A stretch of DNA of 20,000 nt, from the IMG/VR virus record IMGVR_UViG_3300017714_000002; one strand, written 5' to 3'. Of the stretch, positions 1 to 8,490 are shown piece after piece; position 1 is the first letter of the stretch; the number at the start of each line of letters is the position of its first letter. This stretch comes from an uncultured virus (IMG/VR IMGVR_UViG_3300017714_000002). Lineage: Duplodnaviria; Heunggongvirae; Uroviricota; Caudoviricetes. A program made the translations under genes and the position numbers. Under the pieces are notes generated by a model, which saw only the letters and a list, made by a program, of their open reading frames with translations, made no database searches and was not told the origin of the DNA.

Positions 1-2
1 GT

Positions 3-68
3 GTAGTAGAGAACACATTATCTGGACACGACAAACTTCGAAGTATGCTGAAAAGAAGTAATAATTAG
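3..68 (+). CDS. 3' end of a gene entering the window (VVENTLSGHDKLRSMLKRSNN*)
   Basis: Open frame from nt 3 to TAG at 66-68; the stop overlaps the late-promoter motif, as for other genes here. Identity cannot be determined. Confidence 0.55.
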   Translation, partial: VVENTLSGHDKLRSMLKRSNN

Positions 69-75
69 ATAAATA
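68..75 (+). promoter_or_regulatory. T4-type late promoter GATAAATA
   Basis: Matches the NATAAATA late promoter; intergenic, upstream of GGAG RBS and ATG 109. Confidence 0.75.
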
Positions 76-108
76 CAGTTATAAGTAAATTATTACTGGA
101 GAGATACA

Positions 109-357
109 ATGAAAAAACGCACTCGTAGCTTGTTAGAGGAAATAAACTCTTTAGCACCTAAGAAAGATAAAAACGCAATCCTTGAGAGTAGAGGTACCAA
201 TGCTATCAGTAGTATTATCAATATTCTTGAAATGATTGATGCAAATTTTGATTCTGAAACAGCTCAAGATTTAAACAAAAGGATTATGTTAAGTATTAAA
301 AATAGAGATCCCGAACGTTTTAATCGAGGTATCAAAAAAATCAGGACATCAAGATGA
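109..357 (+). CDS. small hypothetical late protein
   Basis: GGAG RBS, late promoter, ATGA overlap with the next gene. Confidence 0.85.
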   Translation: MKKRTRSLLEEINSLAPKKDKNAILESRGTNAISSIINILEMIDANFDSETAQDLNKRIMLSIKNRDPERFNRGIKKIRTSR

Positions 358-1505
358 AAATAAAAGAAATACTATTTGTTGGGTCTAAGAAACGTAAATC
401 CAGAGATAACAGAAAACACAGAATTATTCAAAAAGATTTGTACAAAGCAAATCTTAAAGAAAACGCAAGAATACAACATCTTGAAGATTTAATTCTTCGT
501 GATGGGGTAGCAGGCGGTAAAAAAGCAATCAGTACACTACATCAAGTTGAACAAAATCCTGGTTCAGTTACTATTAAATGGGACGGAAGACCAGCAATAG
601 TATTTGGGCGTAATGAAAAAGGTGAATTTGTTTTAACTGATAAATCAGGATTTGGTGCAGTAAAATATAATGGTAGAGTAACTAGTTCTAAAGGACTAGA
701 AGATATGATAGTTAACAGAAACCCAGATAATGCAGACTTTGCAAAAACAATGGGTGGTATATGGGATAAAGTAGAAAGCACAGTTCCAGAAGGATTCAGA
801 GGTTACGTTATAGGTGACCTATTATGGATGAACAAGCCTACTGAAGAAAATAATAAAATTACTCTTATGCCAAATACTACAAAGTATGAAGTTGTTGCTA
901 ATAGTGATATTGGCAAAAAGATACTCGCAAGTGAAGTAGGAGTTGTAATACATAAAGCTATAGGATTAGATGGTACTACTAGCAATGTTGATATGGGACA
1001 GTTCCAACAAGGAGCAACAATGATTATGCCACCAGTTACAATGCAAAAATCACCTGGAGTAGATCTACCTCAAGTAGATGAATTAGAAAATTATTTAAAT
1101 AAGAATGCAAAAGCAATAGATGATTTATTCAATGTACCAGCAGAACTTAAAATGAAAAATTTTGGTGAGATACTTTATCAATATATAAATGCTAGTGTAA
1201 AAAATAAATCACTAGATAATCTAGGAGCAAATTTTGTACAATGGGTACAAAGTAGTAATTTATCTGAACCTAAAAAAGAGAGATTATTAGATTATGTAAA
1301 TACTAAAGCAAAAGGCTTTAATGCTACATTTAGTTTTATTAAGGGAATTAAGACTGTAAAAAATAAAGTAATTGAATTATTAGATAATCAAAAAGCTGAT
1401 ATACAAGCAGTAAAAGATGGCGAAGGTTATGTAGTAGATAAAGATGTTAAGTTGGTTAATAGATCAACATTCTCACAAGCAAATTTTGCAAGGAATAATC
1501 CATGA
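354..1505 (+). CDS. ATP-dependent ligase/nucleotidyltransferase-fold protein (resembles DUF6267-type proteins of T4-like phages)
   Basis: Motif I-like TIKWDG (K75), motif III-like VIGDLLW, motif IV-like EGYVV, motif V-like VKLVNR; N-terminal QHLEDL signature. Confidence 0.7.
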   Translation: MKIKEILFVGSKKRKSRDNRKHRIIQKDLYKANLKENARIQHLEDLILRDGVAGGKKAISTLHQVEQNPGSVTIKWDGRPAIVFGRNEKGEFVLTDKSGFGAVKYNGRVTSSKGLEDMIVNRNPDNADFAKTMGGIWDKVESTVPEGFRGYVIGDLLWMNKPTEENNKITLMPNTTKYEVVANSDIGKKILASEVGVVIHKAIGLDGTTSNVDMGQFQQGATMIMPPVTMQKSPGVDLPQVDELENYLNKNAKAIDDLFNVPAELKMKNFGEILYQYINASVKNKSLDNLGANFVQWVQSSNLSEPKKERLLDYVNTKAKGFNATFSFIKGIKTVKNKVIELLDNQKADIQAVKDGEGYVVDKDVKLVNRSTFSQANFARNNP

Positions 1506-2266
1506 GCAAAGAAAAATATACATTAGAACAATATTCGGCAATGCAAGGCGGACACGAAATGCCCAAAGATAGCGAAGAGCCGTATTTAGAATTTATTAAT
1601 TCATTAGGCGAAGCTAGAATGTTTCGAACTCGTGATATGATTAAAGCTCAAGGTGCTAGATCATTAACAGATCATGTTTTTGTAAGTATGATGAGTTTAT
1701 ACGCAATGGCAAATGATTACAAATATGCACCAGTAGCAAAAGAATATGCACGTAGAACAAGTATGTTTTCAAATTGGAATAAACCTAGTCCTAGTGGAAC
1801 AGATTTATATCAAACAATACACTCTACATTAAAACCCACAGGATTAGCTGATTCAGAAGCAGATAAGTTATTACTTGCTAAAGTTAATGTAGAACAAAAA
1901 AGAATTAGAAACTTTTTAAAACAAATTGAATCAGGAAAGATAAACACAGGACAAGCACAGGCTTTCTTTTATAGATTAGAAAAAAATTTAGCAATACAAG
2001 ATCCAAAACTAAAAGCGGCTAGAAGACTAGTAGGTGAGTGGGATACTTTAAATACTACTCAAAGACAATTAGCGGCTACACAATTAACAAAATATTTTAG
2101 ATTAAATGCTAGAAGAAGTGATTTAAATCCAATATTTACAAAGTATGCAAACGAAGCAGGATTAGAGATAGACAATAAGAAAAAAGGTAGTATAGGTAAA
2201 CGTATTGCACGTGGAGCGGCGGCATTTGCGGCTGGATATACTGCTGGTAAAATGACAGGTATGTAA
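1502..2266 (+). CDS. hypothetical protein, probable virion component
   Basis: 254 aa ORF, ATGA-coupled to the ligase-like gene; basic and Ala/Gly-rich C-terminal helix (RIARGAAAFAAGYTAG). Confidence 0.8.
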   Translation: MSKEKYTLEQYSAMQGGHEMPKDSEEPYLEFINSLGEARMFRTRDMIKAQGARSLTDHVFVSMMSLYAMANDYKYAPVAKEYARRTSMFSNWNKPSPSGTDLYQTIHSTLKPTGLADSEADKLLLAKVNVEQKRIRNFLKQIESGKINTGQAQAFFYRLEKNLAIQDPKLKAARRLVGEWDTLNTTQRQLAATQLTKYFRLNARRSDLNPIFTKYANEAGLEIDNKKKGSIGKRIARGAAAFAAGYTAGKMTGM

Positions 2267-2267
2267 T

Positions 2268-2726
2268 ATGGCAGTTTCAAGGCCAGTTGAAGTATTAACA
2301 GGCTCAACTGATTTTTATACGGTTTACACCTTGATTGATATAACAGATTCTGGTGTAGTAAGTCCAAAAACAAGTGCAAGTGGGTATTTCCAAGCACAGA
2401 ACTTGAATACATTTATCCAAAGTATTAGTCTAAGATCTCAACCAGTTTTAAGTAGTGTACAAATTTTAGATTCGCAAGATATAAGCAAATATGAATTTGG
2501 CACAAATTTTACAGGCACTCATACCGTATGGGTGTTAAAATTTGCTAGTGAGACAGCAGATGCATGGAAAAAAGATAATAATGACGTTTATATGTTAAAA
2601 GAAGACTTTGATAAAATGCCAATACACGAAGATTTAAACGAAACAATAAGCATTGATCCAGAGATAATTGACACAAATACAGTGAATAAGAAAAATACTT
2701 ACTTTAAATATAGTGAAAACATATAA
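2268..2726 (+). CDS. hypothetical late protein
   Basis: 152 aa ORF starting 1 nt after the previous stop. Confidence 0.8.
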   Translation: MAVSRPVEVLTGSTDFYTVYTLIDITDSGVVSPKTSASGYFQAQNLNTFIQSISLRSQPVLSSVQILDSQDISKYEFGTNFTGTHTVWVLKFASETADAWKKDNNDVYMLKEDFDKMPIHEDLNETISIDPEIIDTNTVNKKNTYFKYSENI

Positions 2727-2729
2727 ATA
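2722..2729 (+). promoter_or_regulatory. T4-type late promoter TATAAATA
   Basis: Exact T4 late consensus overlapping the upstream TAA stop. Confidence 0.8.
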
Positions 2730-2805
2730 GTAGTAGAGTACGAATGATTGTACTCATACAAATCAGCTCTTAATAAGACGCTGTCAAAGAATGTGAGAAC
2801 ATAAT

Positions 2806-3093
2806 ATGGCAATGAATCAGTCAAGGCTTGAGCGTGAAAATCTAGAGGCACACGTTGATCTGTGTGCGGAAAGGTATCGCGTGTTGGAAGAAAAATTAAA
2901 TAGATTAGAAACTAAAGTGGATGGCTTAACTACGGCTATGAGTAAAGTAGCAGAAAAGCAAACATCAGCAAGTATGTCTAGTAACAAGCTAATCATTGGA
3001 GCCGCGGCAACGGTTATTGCAGGATTGCTCTCAACAATAGTATTGTTGTTACTAAATTTAAATACAGTAACTCCGTTATTGGGTGCAGGTTAA
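2806..3093 (+). CDS. coiled-coil protein with C-terminal transmembrane helix (holin/XhlA-like architecture)
   Basis: Heptad-like LEEKLNRLETKVDGL, then hydrophobic LIIGAAATVIAGLLSTIVLLLL. Function is inferred. Confidence 0.7.
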   Translation: MAMNQSRLERENLEAHVDLCAERYRVLEEKLNRLETKVDGLTTAMSKVAEKQTSASMSSNKLIIGAAATVIAGLLSTIVLLLLNLNTVTPLLGAG

Positions 3094-3380
3094 TGTTATT
3101 AAATGAGTCGTACAATACAGTAATTTCTGAAGCAAAATTAATTTTTGCTAGAAGAGGTAAAGCTGTAACTAGGAAGTTTCGTTGCACAGTTGGTATTCGT
3201 AAGAATAGAATTGTAGCAAATCCTAGTCAATGTGCGGCACCTATGGATCTCAAAAAGAGATTCGTAATGAGAAAAACAAGAGCACAAAAAGGTGCTCGTA
3301 TGCAAAAGGCGGCAGTACGTTCTAAAAGGTTAAATCCTGCAAGTCGTATTGTTGCTAGATTAAACAAAGCTAGAGGTTAA
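3093..3380 (+). CDS. very basic small protein, possible prohead core/DNA-binding head protein
   Basis: Strongly K/R-rich after a short MLLNE...VISE leader; TAATG coupling to the previous gene. Confidence 0.7.
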   Translation: MLLNESYNTVISEAKLIFARRGKAVTRKFRCTVGIRKNRIVANPSQCAAPMDLKKRFVMRKTRAQKGARMQKAAVRSKRLNPASRIVARLNKARG

Positions 3381-3381
3381 G

Positions 3382-3894
3382 ATGGAAATAGTAAATAATA
3401 GTACAGTAGATAGTGTAATAGATTATGCTAACGTTAAGTTCGGATTAGAACTTAAAAAAGATGACATCATGGAACAATTAAAAGGGTTATCTTTTGGCGA
3501 TACACTTAACTTATTAGATTCAATTAAAAATGAAGACAATGATAAATTTTCATCAATTATAGATTTAAGTAGAGTCAATGAAGCTGGGTATGGAACAATA
3601 CAAACAGCCAAGCCAAGTAATGCTACAATTAGAGCATCAAACAACGGCAATGATCAAAGAGACTTTACTAATGCACAACAAGATGCAAAAAGAGATTCAA
3701 GTAACCCACAAAGATATGTAGCGGGTTCAAATAAACAACCAACTGGTCAAGGAGCAGTAAGAGCAGGTAGTGCAGATCCAGATGATATTGAAAGAGCTGA
3801 AAACAAATATAAATCAGATGCAAACCAGCAACAATCAAATATAAATGCACAAGAAATTGAAAGACTTAAACAATTGGCAATGGGAGGTCGTTAA
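3382..3894 (+). CDS. hypothetical late protein
   Basis: 170 aa; GAGG RBS; acidic N-half and low-complexity N/Q-rich C-half separated by VNE. Confidence 0.8.
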   Translation: MEIVNNSTVDSVIDYANVKFGLELKKDDIMEQLKGLSFGDTLNLLDSIKNEDNDKFSSIIDLSRVNEAGYGTIQTAKPSNATIRASNNGNDQRDFTNAQQDAKRDSSNPQRYVAGSNKQPTGQGAVRAGSADPDDIERAENKYKSDANQQQSNINAQEIERLKQLAMGGR

Positions 3895-4103
3895 TGAAAA
3901 CGATTGAACAACCCGGAGGCATTCCAGTATTCATCTCAGTTCACGAAAGTGAATGTTATGAGAATTTGTTAGAACGTAAATGCAAAGACGATCTAAACGA
4001 ACGAGATTTAATTTTAATTCAAAACTTGGTTAACAAAAATGTTGTTAAAAAAATAGTTGAGAATAATAAAGTATTCTATGAAAGAATGAAAGGGAGCCTA
4101 TAA
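3894..4103 (+). CDS. small hypothetical protein
   Basis: GGAGG RBS; TAATG coupling on both sides. Confidence 0.8.
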   Translation: MKTIEQPGGIPVFISVHESECYENLLERKCKDDLNERDLILIQNLVNKNVVKKIVENNKVFYERMKGSL

Positions 4104-4711
4104 TGCCAACACACGAAGAAACAAAAGGAATGAAAGAACTTATTCAAAAGTTAAATGAGAGTTCAAAAGTTCCTACAGAAACTGAACAAAAAAGCAATCC
4201 AGAATTAAAAGCAAATTTGTTGAATAGTGTTAGCAAAAATGCTAAAGGTATGTATGACATACTGCAAAAACTAGACGAAGCTACAACACAAGTGGCTAAA
4301 GAAGCAGTAGAAGAAACATATGAAGATCCTACAATGGCTGTAGCAACAAAGCAAGGAAATAGTGTAAAGATTGCAGAATATGAGATCACTATGGACAAAG
4401 AACAAGTTGTTCCAGGTATTAAAAAGATGTTTTATACTATCAAGGAAGATGGTAAAGTATTGCACGAACAAATTGCATTATTTGAAACGGCAATGGGAAT
4501 AGTAAAAGGTATGATGCATGGCAAGACAAGTAATATTAAACAATTACTTGATTTAGATGTACGTTATGGTAGTCAACTAGCTGAAGCGGCGTTTTACAAG
4601 CAAAAATCCAAAGTAAGTGCAGGATTTAAGCTAGATTTAGCAATGGCCAAGCAAGGTCAAGCGGTTCAGAAGATGAACGAAGCCAAAAAACAGATCAAAT
4701 CCTGCCTATAA
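4103..4711 (+). CDS. hypothetical late protein
   Basis: 202 aa; GGGAG RBS; helical composition. Confidence 0.8.
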   Translation: MPTHEETKGMKELIQKLNESSKVPTETEQKSNPELKANLLNSVSKNAKGMYDILQKLDEATTQVAKEAVEETYEDPTMAVATKQGNSVKIAEYEITMDKEQVVPGIKKMFYTIKEDGKVLHEQIALFETAMGIVKGMMHGKTSNIKQLLDLDVRYGSQLAEAAFYKQKSKVSAGFKLDLAMAKQGQAVQKMNEAKKQIKSCL

Positions 4712-4712
4712 G

Positions 4713-4720
4713 CATAAATA
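4713..4720 (+). promoter_or_regulatory. T4-type late promoter CATAAATA
   Basis: NATAAATA immediately after a stop codon and upstream of ATG 4755. Confidence 0.75.
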
Positions 4721-4754
4721 CAATATATTAAGAAAAACCTGAAGGGGTCAAATT

Positions 4755-5522
4755 ATGGATTTAAAAAATTTAGAAGTAAACAAAATAACGAAATTAGATT
4801 CAGTTCTAAAAGAAGTATTTGGTGTTAACTTTAACTTTGGTGCAGACGGTGCCAAGCTACAAAAAGTTAAGACATTTACAGAATCTAAAATCAAGTCATT
4901 ACGTGATAATGGTATCGCAGTAAATGACAAACAATATCAGAAGTTATTGTTAGTATTAGAAGGTATAAAAGAAGCTATGTCAAATAAACCAGTAATGGAA
5001 AGCGAATTGGACCAAGCTGAAGTACTTCTAGCCGCAAAACAAATGGCTGACGACTTACAAAAAATGGCTGAAAATTTAGCAAGTATGCAAGTAGAAGAAC
5101 TAATGAGTATTACTAACGCAATGAAAGAAGAAGTTGGTACTGCTGAAGCTGAAGCATTCTCACAGAGTGCTGAAATGGCAATTGGTACAGCTCTTGATGC
5201 AGTTAAAAAAGCCAATGATGATGTAAGTAACGCAGTATTAGTAGCACAAGGTCAAGCACCAGCAACAGATATGAGTATGGAGCCTGCACCTGAAGCACCT
5301 ATGGATATGGATGCAATTGATGCACCTGCTGAAGAACCAGCTGGTGATGATTTTGAAGGTGCTGATGCCGCTAGTGCAGAGTCAGATGCTGAAGGTAGAG
5401 AGATGAAAGAAGAATCAGTTGATCCTTACCTAAAAGCAATCAAGATGGTTAAAGAAGCACAATCAGAAGGTAAAATTAGCAAAGACGTTCTTAAAAAAGC
5501 ATTTGCGGAACTAAAGAGGTAA
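4755..5522 (+). CDS. acidic coiled-coil protein, probable prohead core/scaffold-type protein
   Basis: E/A/M-rich helical protein with a disordered acidic PAPEAP/PAEEPA linker and several hydrophobic-X-E sites; own late promoter. Confidence 0.65.
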   Translation: MDLKNLEVNKITKLDSVLKEVFGVNFNFGADGAKLQKVKTFTESKIKSLRDNGIAVNDKQYQKLLLVLEGIKEAMSNKPVMESELDQAEVLLAAKQMADDLQKMAENLASMQVEELMSITNAMKEEVGTAEAEAFSQSAEMAIGTALDAVKKANDDVSNAVLVAQGQAPATDMSMEPAPEAPMDMDAIDAPAEEPAGDDFEGADAASAESDAEGREMKEESVDPYLKAIKMVKEAQSEGKISKDVLKKAFAELKR

Positions 5523-5527
5523 TTAAC

Positions 5528-5857
5528 GTGAGGTACTCTCAACTCTTCGAATTAAATTCTGAAGTAGATTCAAAAGTTATTGATCTACTCTCAATTCTAA
5601 GTAGTGAAGGTGTAGATAGTATTCCTCTAGAATCTTTAGTTAAAGAACTTAAAGCTATGGGTGTTGATGCTGATAACGAATCATTATTTGATGAGATATC
5701 AAATTTACCTATAGTTAATAATATAAAAGATGGAATGGTTTATTTTAATACTTCAAGTCTTGATGCTAGTAATTTAAACAAGGTTGACCCCGAAAAAGCA
5801 GATAAGACCGTAACTAATATGGCTAAGAAGCAAGTTAAAAAAGAGTTAAACAAATGA
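5528..5857 (+). CDS. hypothetical protein, probable head component
   Basis: GTG start with GAGGT RBS; N-terminus MRYSQLFE. Confidence 0.8.
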   Translation: MRYSQLFELNSEVDSKVIDLLSILSSEGVDSIPLESLVKELKAMGVDADNESLFDEISNLPIVNNIKDGMVYFNTSSLDASNLNKVDPEKADKTVTNMAKKQVKKELNK

Positions 5858-6471
5858 GTGTAGGACTAAACGCGGCACAAGCTAGATCAAAAGCATCACA
5901 AGATATGATTGTGTTTACTGAAACACAAGAAATAATGAAAGAAATTATTTCACAGAGTGCATTAGGTAATTTTGAAGCATATGTAGATGATACTACAACA
6001 ATGACAGAAGCTACGCCAAGTGTTCAAAAAATAGGAACTGCACTAAATCCAACAATAACAGTAGGTGACACTTTAATTTTTGATAATAATACAATAACAT
6101 TAGGCACCACAGGAACATCATTAAACGCAATAGTAGCAGATATCAACGATGCAGGAGTTGCAGGTTTAACGGCTTCAAAGGATAGTAATTACTTGATACT
6201 TACTATAACTGAGCCACAAGGTTCAACTTGGTCATATGAGATAGGTGCAGGAACTGCAAATACAGCTCTAGGATTTGTAGCAGGTGTATACAGTATATCT
6301 AATCCTACAAGTGTTGATTATTTTAATATTTGGCAAGGTACTGCCACTGATCGTGGACTAACAAATCAAATGGAACAAGTAATTAAATATTTTCAAAACC
6401 TAGGATACAAAATAGAAAGACTAACTAATACTAATACCAGTAAAACTTTTAAATGGTATGTATATTGGTAA
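5854..6471 (+). CDS. virion structural protein (putative)
   Basis: T/G/A-rich beta-type insert (TITLGTTGTSLNAIVADINDAGVAGLTAS) typical of phage tail/sheath-associated domains; ATGA coupling. Confidence 0.65.
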   Translation: MSVGLNAAQARSKASQDMIVFTETQEIMKEIISQSALGNFEAYVDDTTTMTEATPSVQKIGTALNPTITVGDTLIFDNNTITLGTTGTSLNAIVADINDAGVAGLTASKDSNYLILTITEPQGSTWSYEIGAGTANTALGFVAGVYSISNPTSVDYFNIWQGTATDRGLTNQMEQVIKYFQNLGYKIERLTNTNTSKTFKWYVYW

Positions 6472-6494
6472 TCAACAAAATCTCAAATAACTCA

Positions 6495-6523
6495 TTGACA
6501 TTTCTATAGAAGGCACATATACT
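6495..6523 (+). promoter_or_regulatory. sigma70-type early promoter TTGACA-N17-TATACT
   Basis: TTGACA 6495-6500, 17 nt spacer, TATACT 6518-6523. Confidence 0.85.
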
Positions 6524-6529
6524 ATGAGT

Positions 6530-7210
6530 ATGTTAAAAATAAAATCCCCTTATGATTATAAAGAATTTAAAAGAACCTCAGTAGACGGGAAACGTCTATA
6601 TGAGAATCCTTGGGGCGATCCTGTTCCAAGTGTAACCACTATTTTAAGTGCAACCCAATCAGCAGATAAAAAAGCAGGATTGGCTAGATGGAAAAAACGT
6701 GTAGGAGATGCTGAAGCACAACGTATTGTAACTGAAGCATCTAATGTTGGATCTGTAATGCATAATATATTAGAAAAATGGTTTAAAAATGAAGAATACA
6801 ATCCAGGAAACAATATGGTCCATAAACAAGCAAAAGGTATGGCACAAGTTGTAATAGACAATGTGGAACCTGATATTAGCGAAGTGTGGGGATCAGAGGT
6901 TAATTTAGTAGCAAAAGATTTATATGCAGGTACAACAGATTTAGTTGGAGTATATAAAGGTAAACAAACTATCATGGACTTTAAACAGACCAATAAACCT
7001 AAAAAACGTGAATGGATTGATGATTATTTCCTACAAGGAGCGGCCTATGCAAACGCCCACAATGAAATGTATGGAACAAACATATCAAACATAGCTGTTT
7101 TTATGTGCAGTAGAGCAGGTGAGTTTCAATTATTTGAAGCAGATAGTACAGAATTTAAACAATGGGAACTTAAATGGGCCGAACGTTTAGAACAATTTTA
7201 TAATCTATAA
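6530..7210 (+). CDS. PD-(D/E)XK exonuclease (MGME1/phage exonuclease type)
   Basis: PSVTTIL, G-x-x-MH, E-x-x-L...YAGTTDLVG...IMDFKQ and YFLQGAAYA motifs. Start moved from 6524 to 6530 because 6524 abuts the -10 box. Confidence 0.85.
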   Translation: MLKIKSPYDYKEFKRTSVDGKRLYENPWGDPVPSVTTILSATQSADKKAGLARWKKRVGDAEAQRIVTEASNVGSVMHNILEKWFKNEEYNPGNNMVHKQAKGMAQVVIDNVEPDISEVWGSEVNLVAKDLYAGTTDLVGVYKGKQTIMDFKQTNKPKKREWIDDYFLQGAAYANAHNEMYGTNISNIAVFMCSRAGEFQLFEADSTEFKQWELKWAERLEQFYNL

Positions 7211-7211
7211 A

Positions 7212-7219
7212 GATAAATA
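7212..7219 (+). promoter_or_regulatory. T4-type late promoter GATAAATA
   Basis: NATAAATA just after a stop and upstream of AAGGA RBS and ATG 7241. Confidence 0.75.
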
Positions 7220-7240
7220 CATTATATTAAGGAATAAACA

Positions 7241-7996
7241 ATGACAACAACGACAGCTAGAATGACAGTTAGAAAAGGTAATTTGGCAGATTTGCCAAAA
7301 TTACTACCAGGTGAATTTGGACTTGCACAAGACATTCAAAGATTATTCATAGGACAAGCTTCAGTAAATGGAACTTGCCAAGTAAGTAATAGTGATGCAA
7401 CGACAGCTAAAGTAGAATTTACTTCAGCAAACGGCGATCCTATTGATTTAGATTTAATCGCTAATTTAGATCAGTATACTTATGGAATCACAGTTAACCC
7501 AGCAAGTGATAATATTTCTATAACAGGTAATAACATAACATTCAAGGATGCAGTTGCATCATTCTCGCATGGCTTATCTTCAACTCCTACATCTAGTACA
7601 GTTTTTGAACTTTACTATAATAAAGAAGTTGGCTACCATGCAGAAGCATTCCCAAATCCAGTACAGTCTCAAAGTCTAAACAAACTGACAGCAGATTCTG
7701 CAGGACCTAAAGAATCAGGAATTGAATTTATTTGTGCAAATAAAGATAAGATTACTATTGATTATAGTTTAACAACAACGTCAGCTTCAAGACACGGACA
7801 GTTATCAATCCTAATTGATGACAATGCTGGCGTTCCTACAACAAGCTCAATCAAAGACGTATATGACATCAGCAATGGCGCAATGCCTTTAGTCTTTAGT
7901 CTTTCACATAATAGTACAGACAAATTTAGTTTAATGTTTGATACTACAGATCTTGATACCGTACACACATTAAAATACGTACAAAAATCATTTTAA
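7241..7996 (+). CDS. virion structural protein with Mtd_N/tail-fibre-like N-terminus
   Basis: VRKG...LPKLLPGEFGLAQDIQRLFIG resembles the L-x-x-GE-x-G...RL-x-IG head of major-tropism-determinant/fibre proteins; S/T-rich beta body. Confidence 0.65.
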   Translation: MTTTTARMTVRKGNLADLPKLLPGEFGLAQDIQRLFIGQASVNGTCQVSNSDATTAKVEFTSANGDPIDLDLIANLDQYTYGITVNPASDNISITGNNITFKDAVASFSHGLSSTPTSSTVFELYYNKEVGYHAEAFPNPVQSQSLNKLTADSAGPKESGIEFICANKDKITIDYSLTTTSASRHGQLSILIDDNAGVPTTSSIKDVYDISNGAMPLVFSLSHNSTDKFSLMFDTTDLDTVHTLKYVQKSF

Positions 7997-8000
7997 ATAA

Positions 8001-8438
8001 ATGGACGAAGTATGGCAATTGCCTCCTAGACAAAGAATTCAAAGGTGGCGTGAATTAAGGAAACGGATTTGTGGTGTTTCCAATATTTTAGAACAATTAC
8101 AAGTTGTTTTAGACTTTTGGAATACAACACCAGTAGGTACTAGAAAAGTTGATCCATTTGATGAGTCAACATGGAGTACACCTTGGGAAATGCTACATCA
8201 GAATGATTACGACGAAAATGTTGTGTCGTTGGGTATGGCATACACGTTACACTATAGTAATATAGCCTGTAGAATATTGCTTGTACAAACTGTGGAAAAA
8301 AATGATATAAAGTTAATAGTTTTAGTTGACAACAAGTACGTTTTAAACTATAATTATAACAATATAGACACCACTGACATTATAGACAAAGAACTAGAAG
8401 TTTTAAAAGATATTGATGTTAGTACATTAAGCAAATAG
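8001..8438 (+). CDS. hypothetical protein
   Basis: 145 aa Trp-rich ORF filling the gap before nrdA. Confidence 0.75.
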   Translation: MDEVWQLPPRQRIQRWRELRKRICGVSNILEQLQVVLDFWNTTPVGTRKVDPFDESTWSTPWEMLHQNDYDENVVSLGMAYTLHYSNIACRILLVQTVEKNDIKLIVLVDNKYVLNYNYNNIDTTDIIDKELEVLKDIDVSTLSK

Positions 8439-8458
8439 TTATCTATAGCTACAGCCGA

Positions 8459-8467
8459 TGTAAATAC
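8459..8467 (+). promoter_or_regulatory. possible variant late promoter (TGTAAATAC) upstream of nrdA
   Basis: TAAATAC core in the 52 nt intergenic gap, at a similar distance from the start as the other late motifs. Confidence 0.4.
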
Positions 8468-8490
8468 AAGACTATTTGAGATTTAGGACA

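Noticed and set aside
6530..7210. Cas4/CRISPR system
   Set aside because: No four-Cys Fe-S motif, no other cas genes and no repeat-spacer array seen in the window.
7241..7996. Diversity-generating retroelement target because of the Mtd-like N-terminus
   Set aside because: No reverse transcriptase or template/variable repeat pair is visible; the similarity covers only the generic N-terminal motif.
8436..8451. Imperfect palindrome TAGTTATCTATAGCTA before nrdA as an NrdR box
   Set aside because: It misses key consensus positions (acaCwAtATaTwGtgt) and occurs singly, whereas NrdR boxes are usually tandem.
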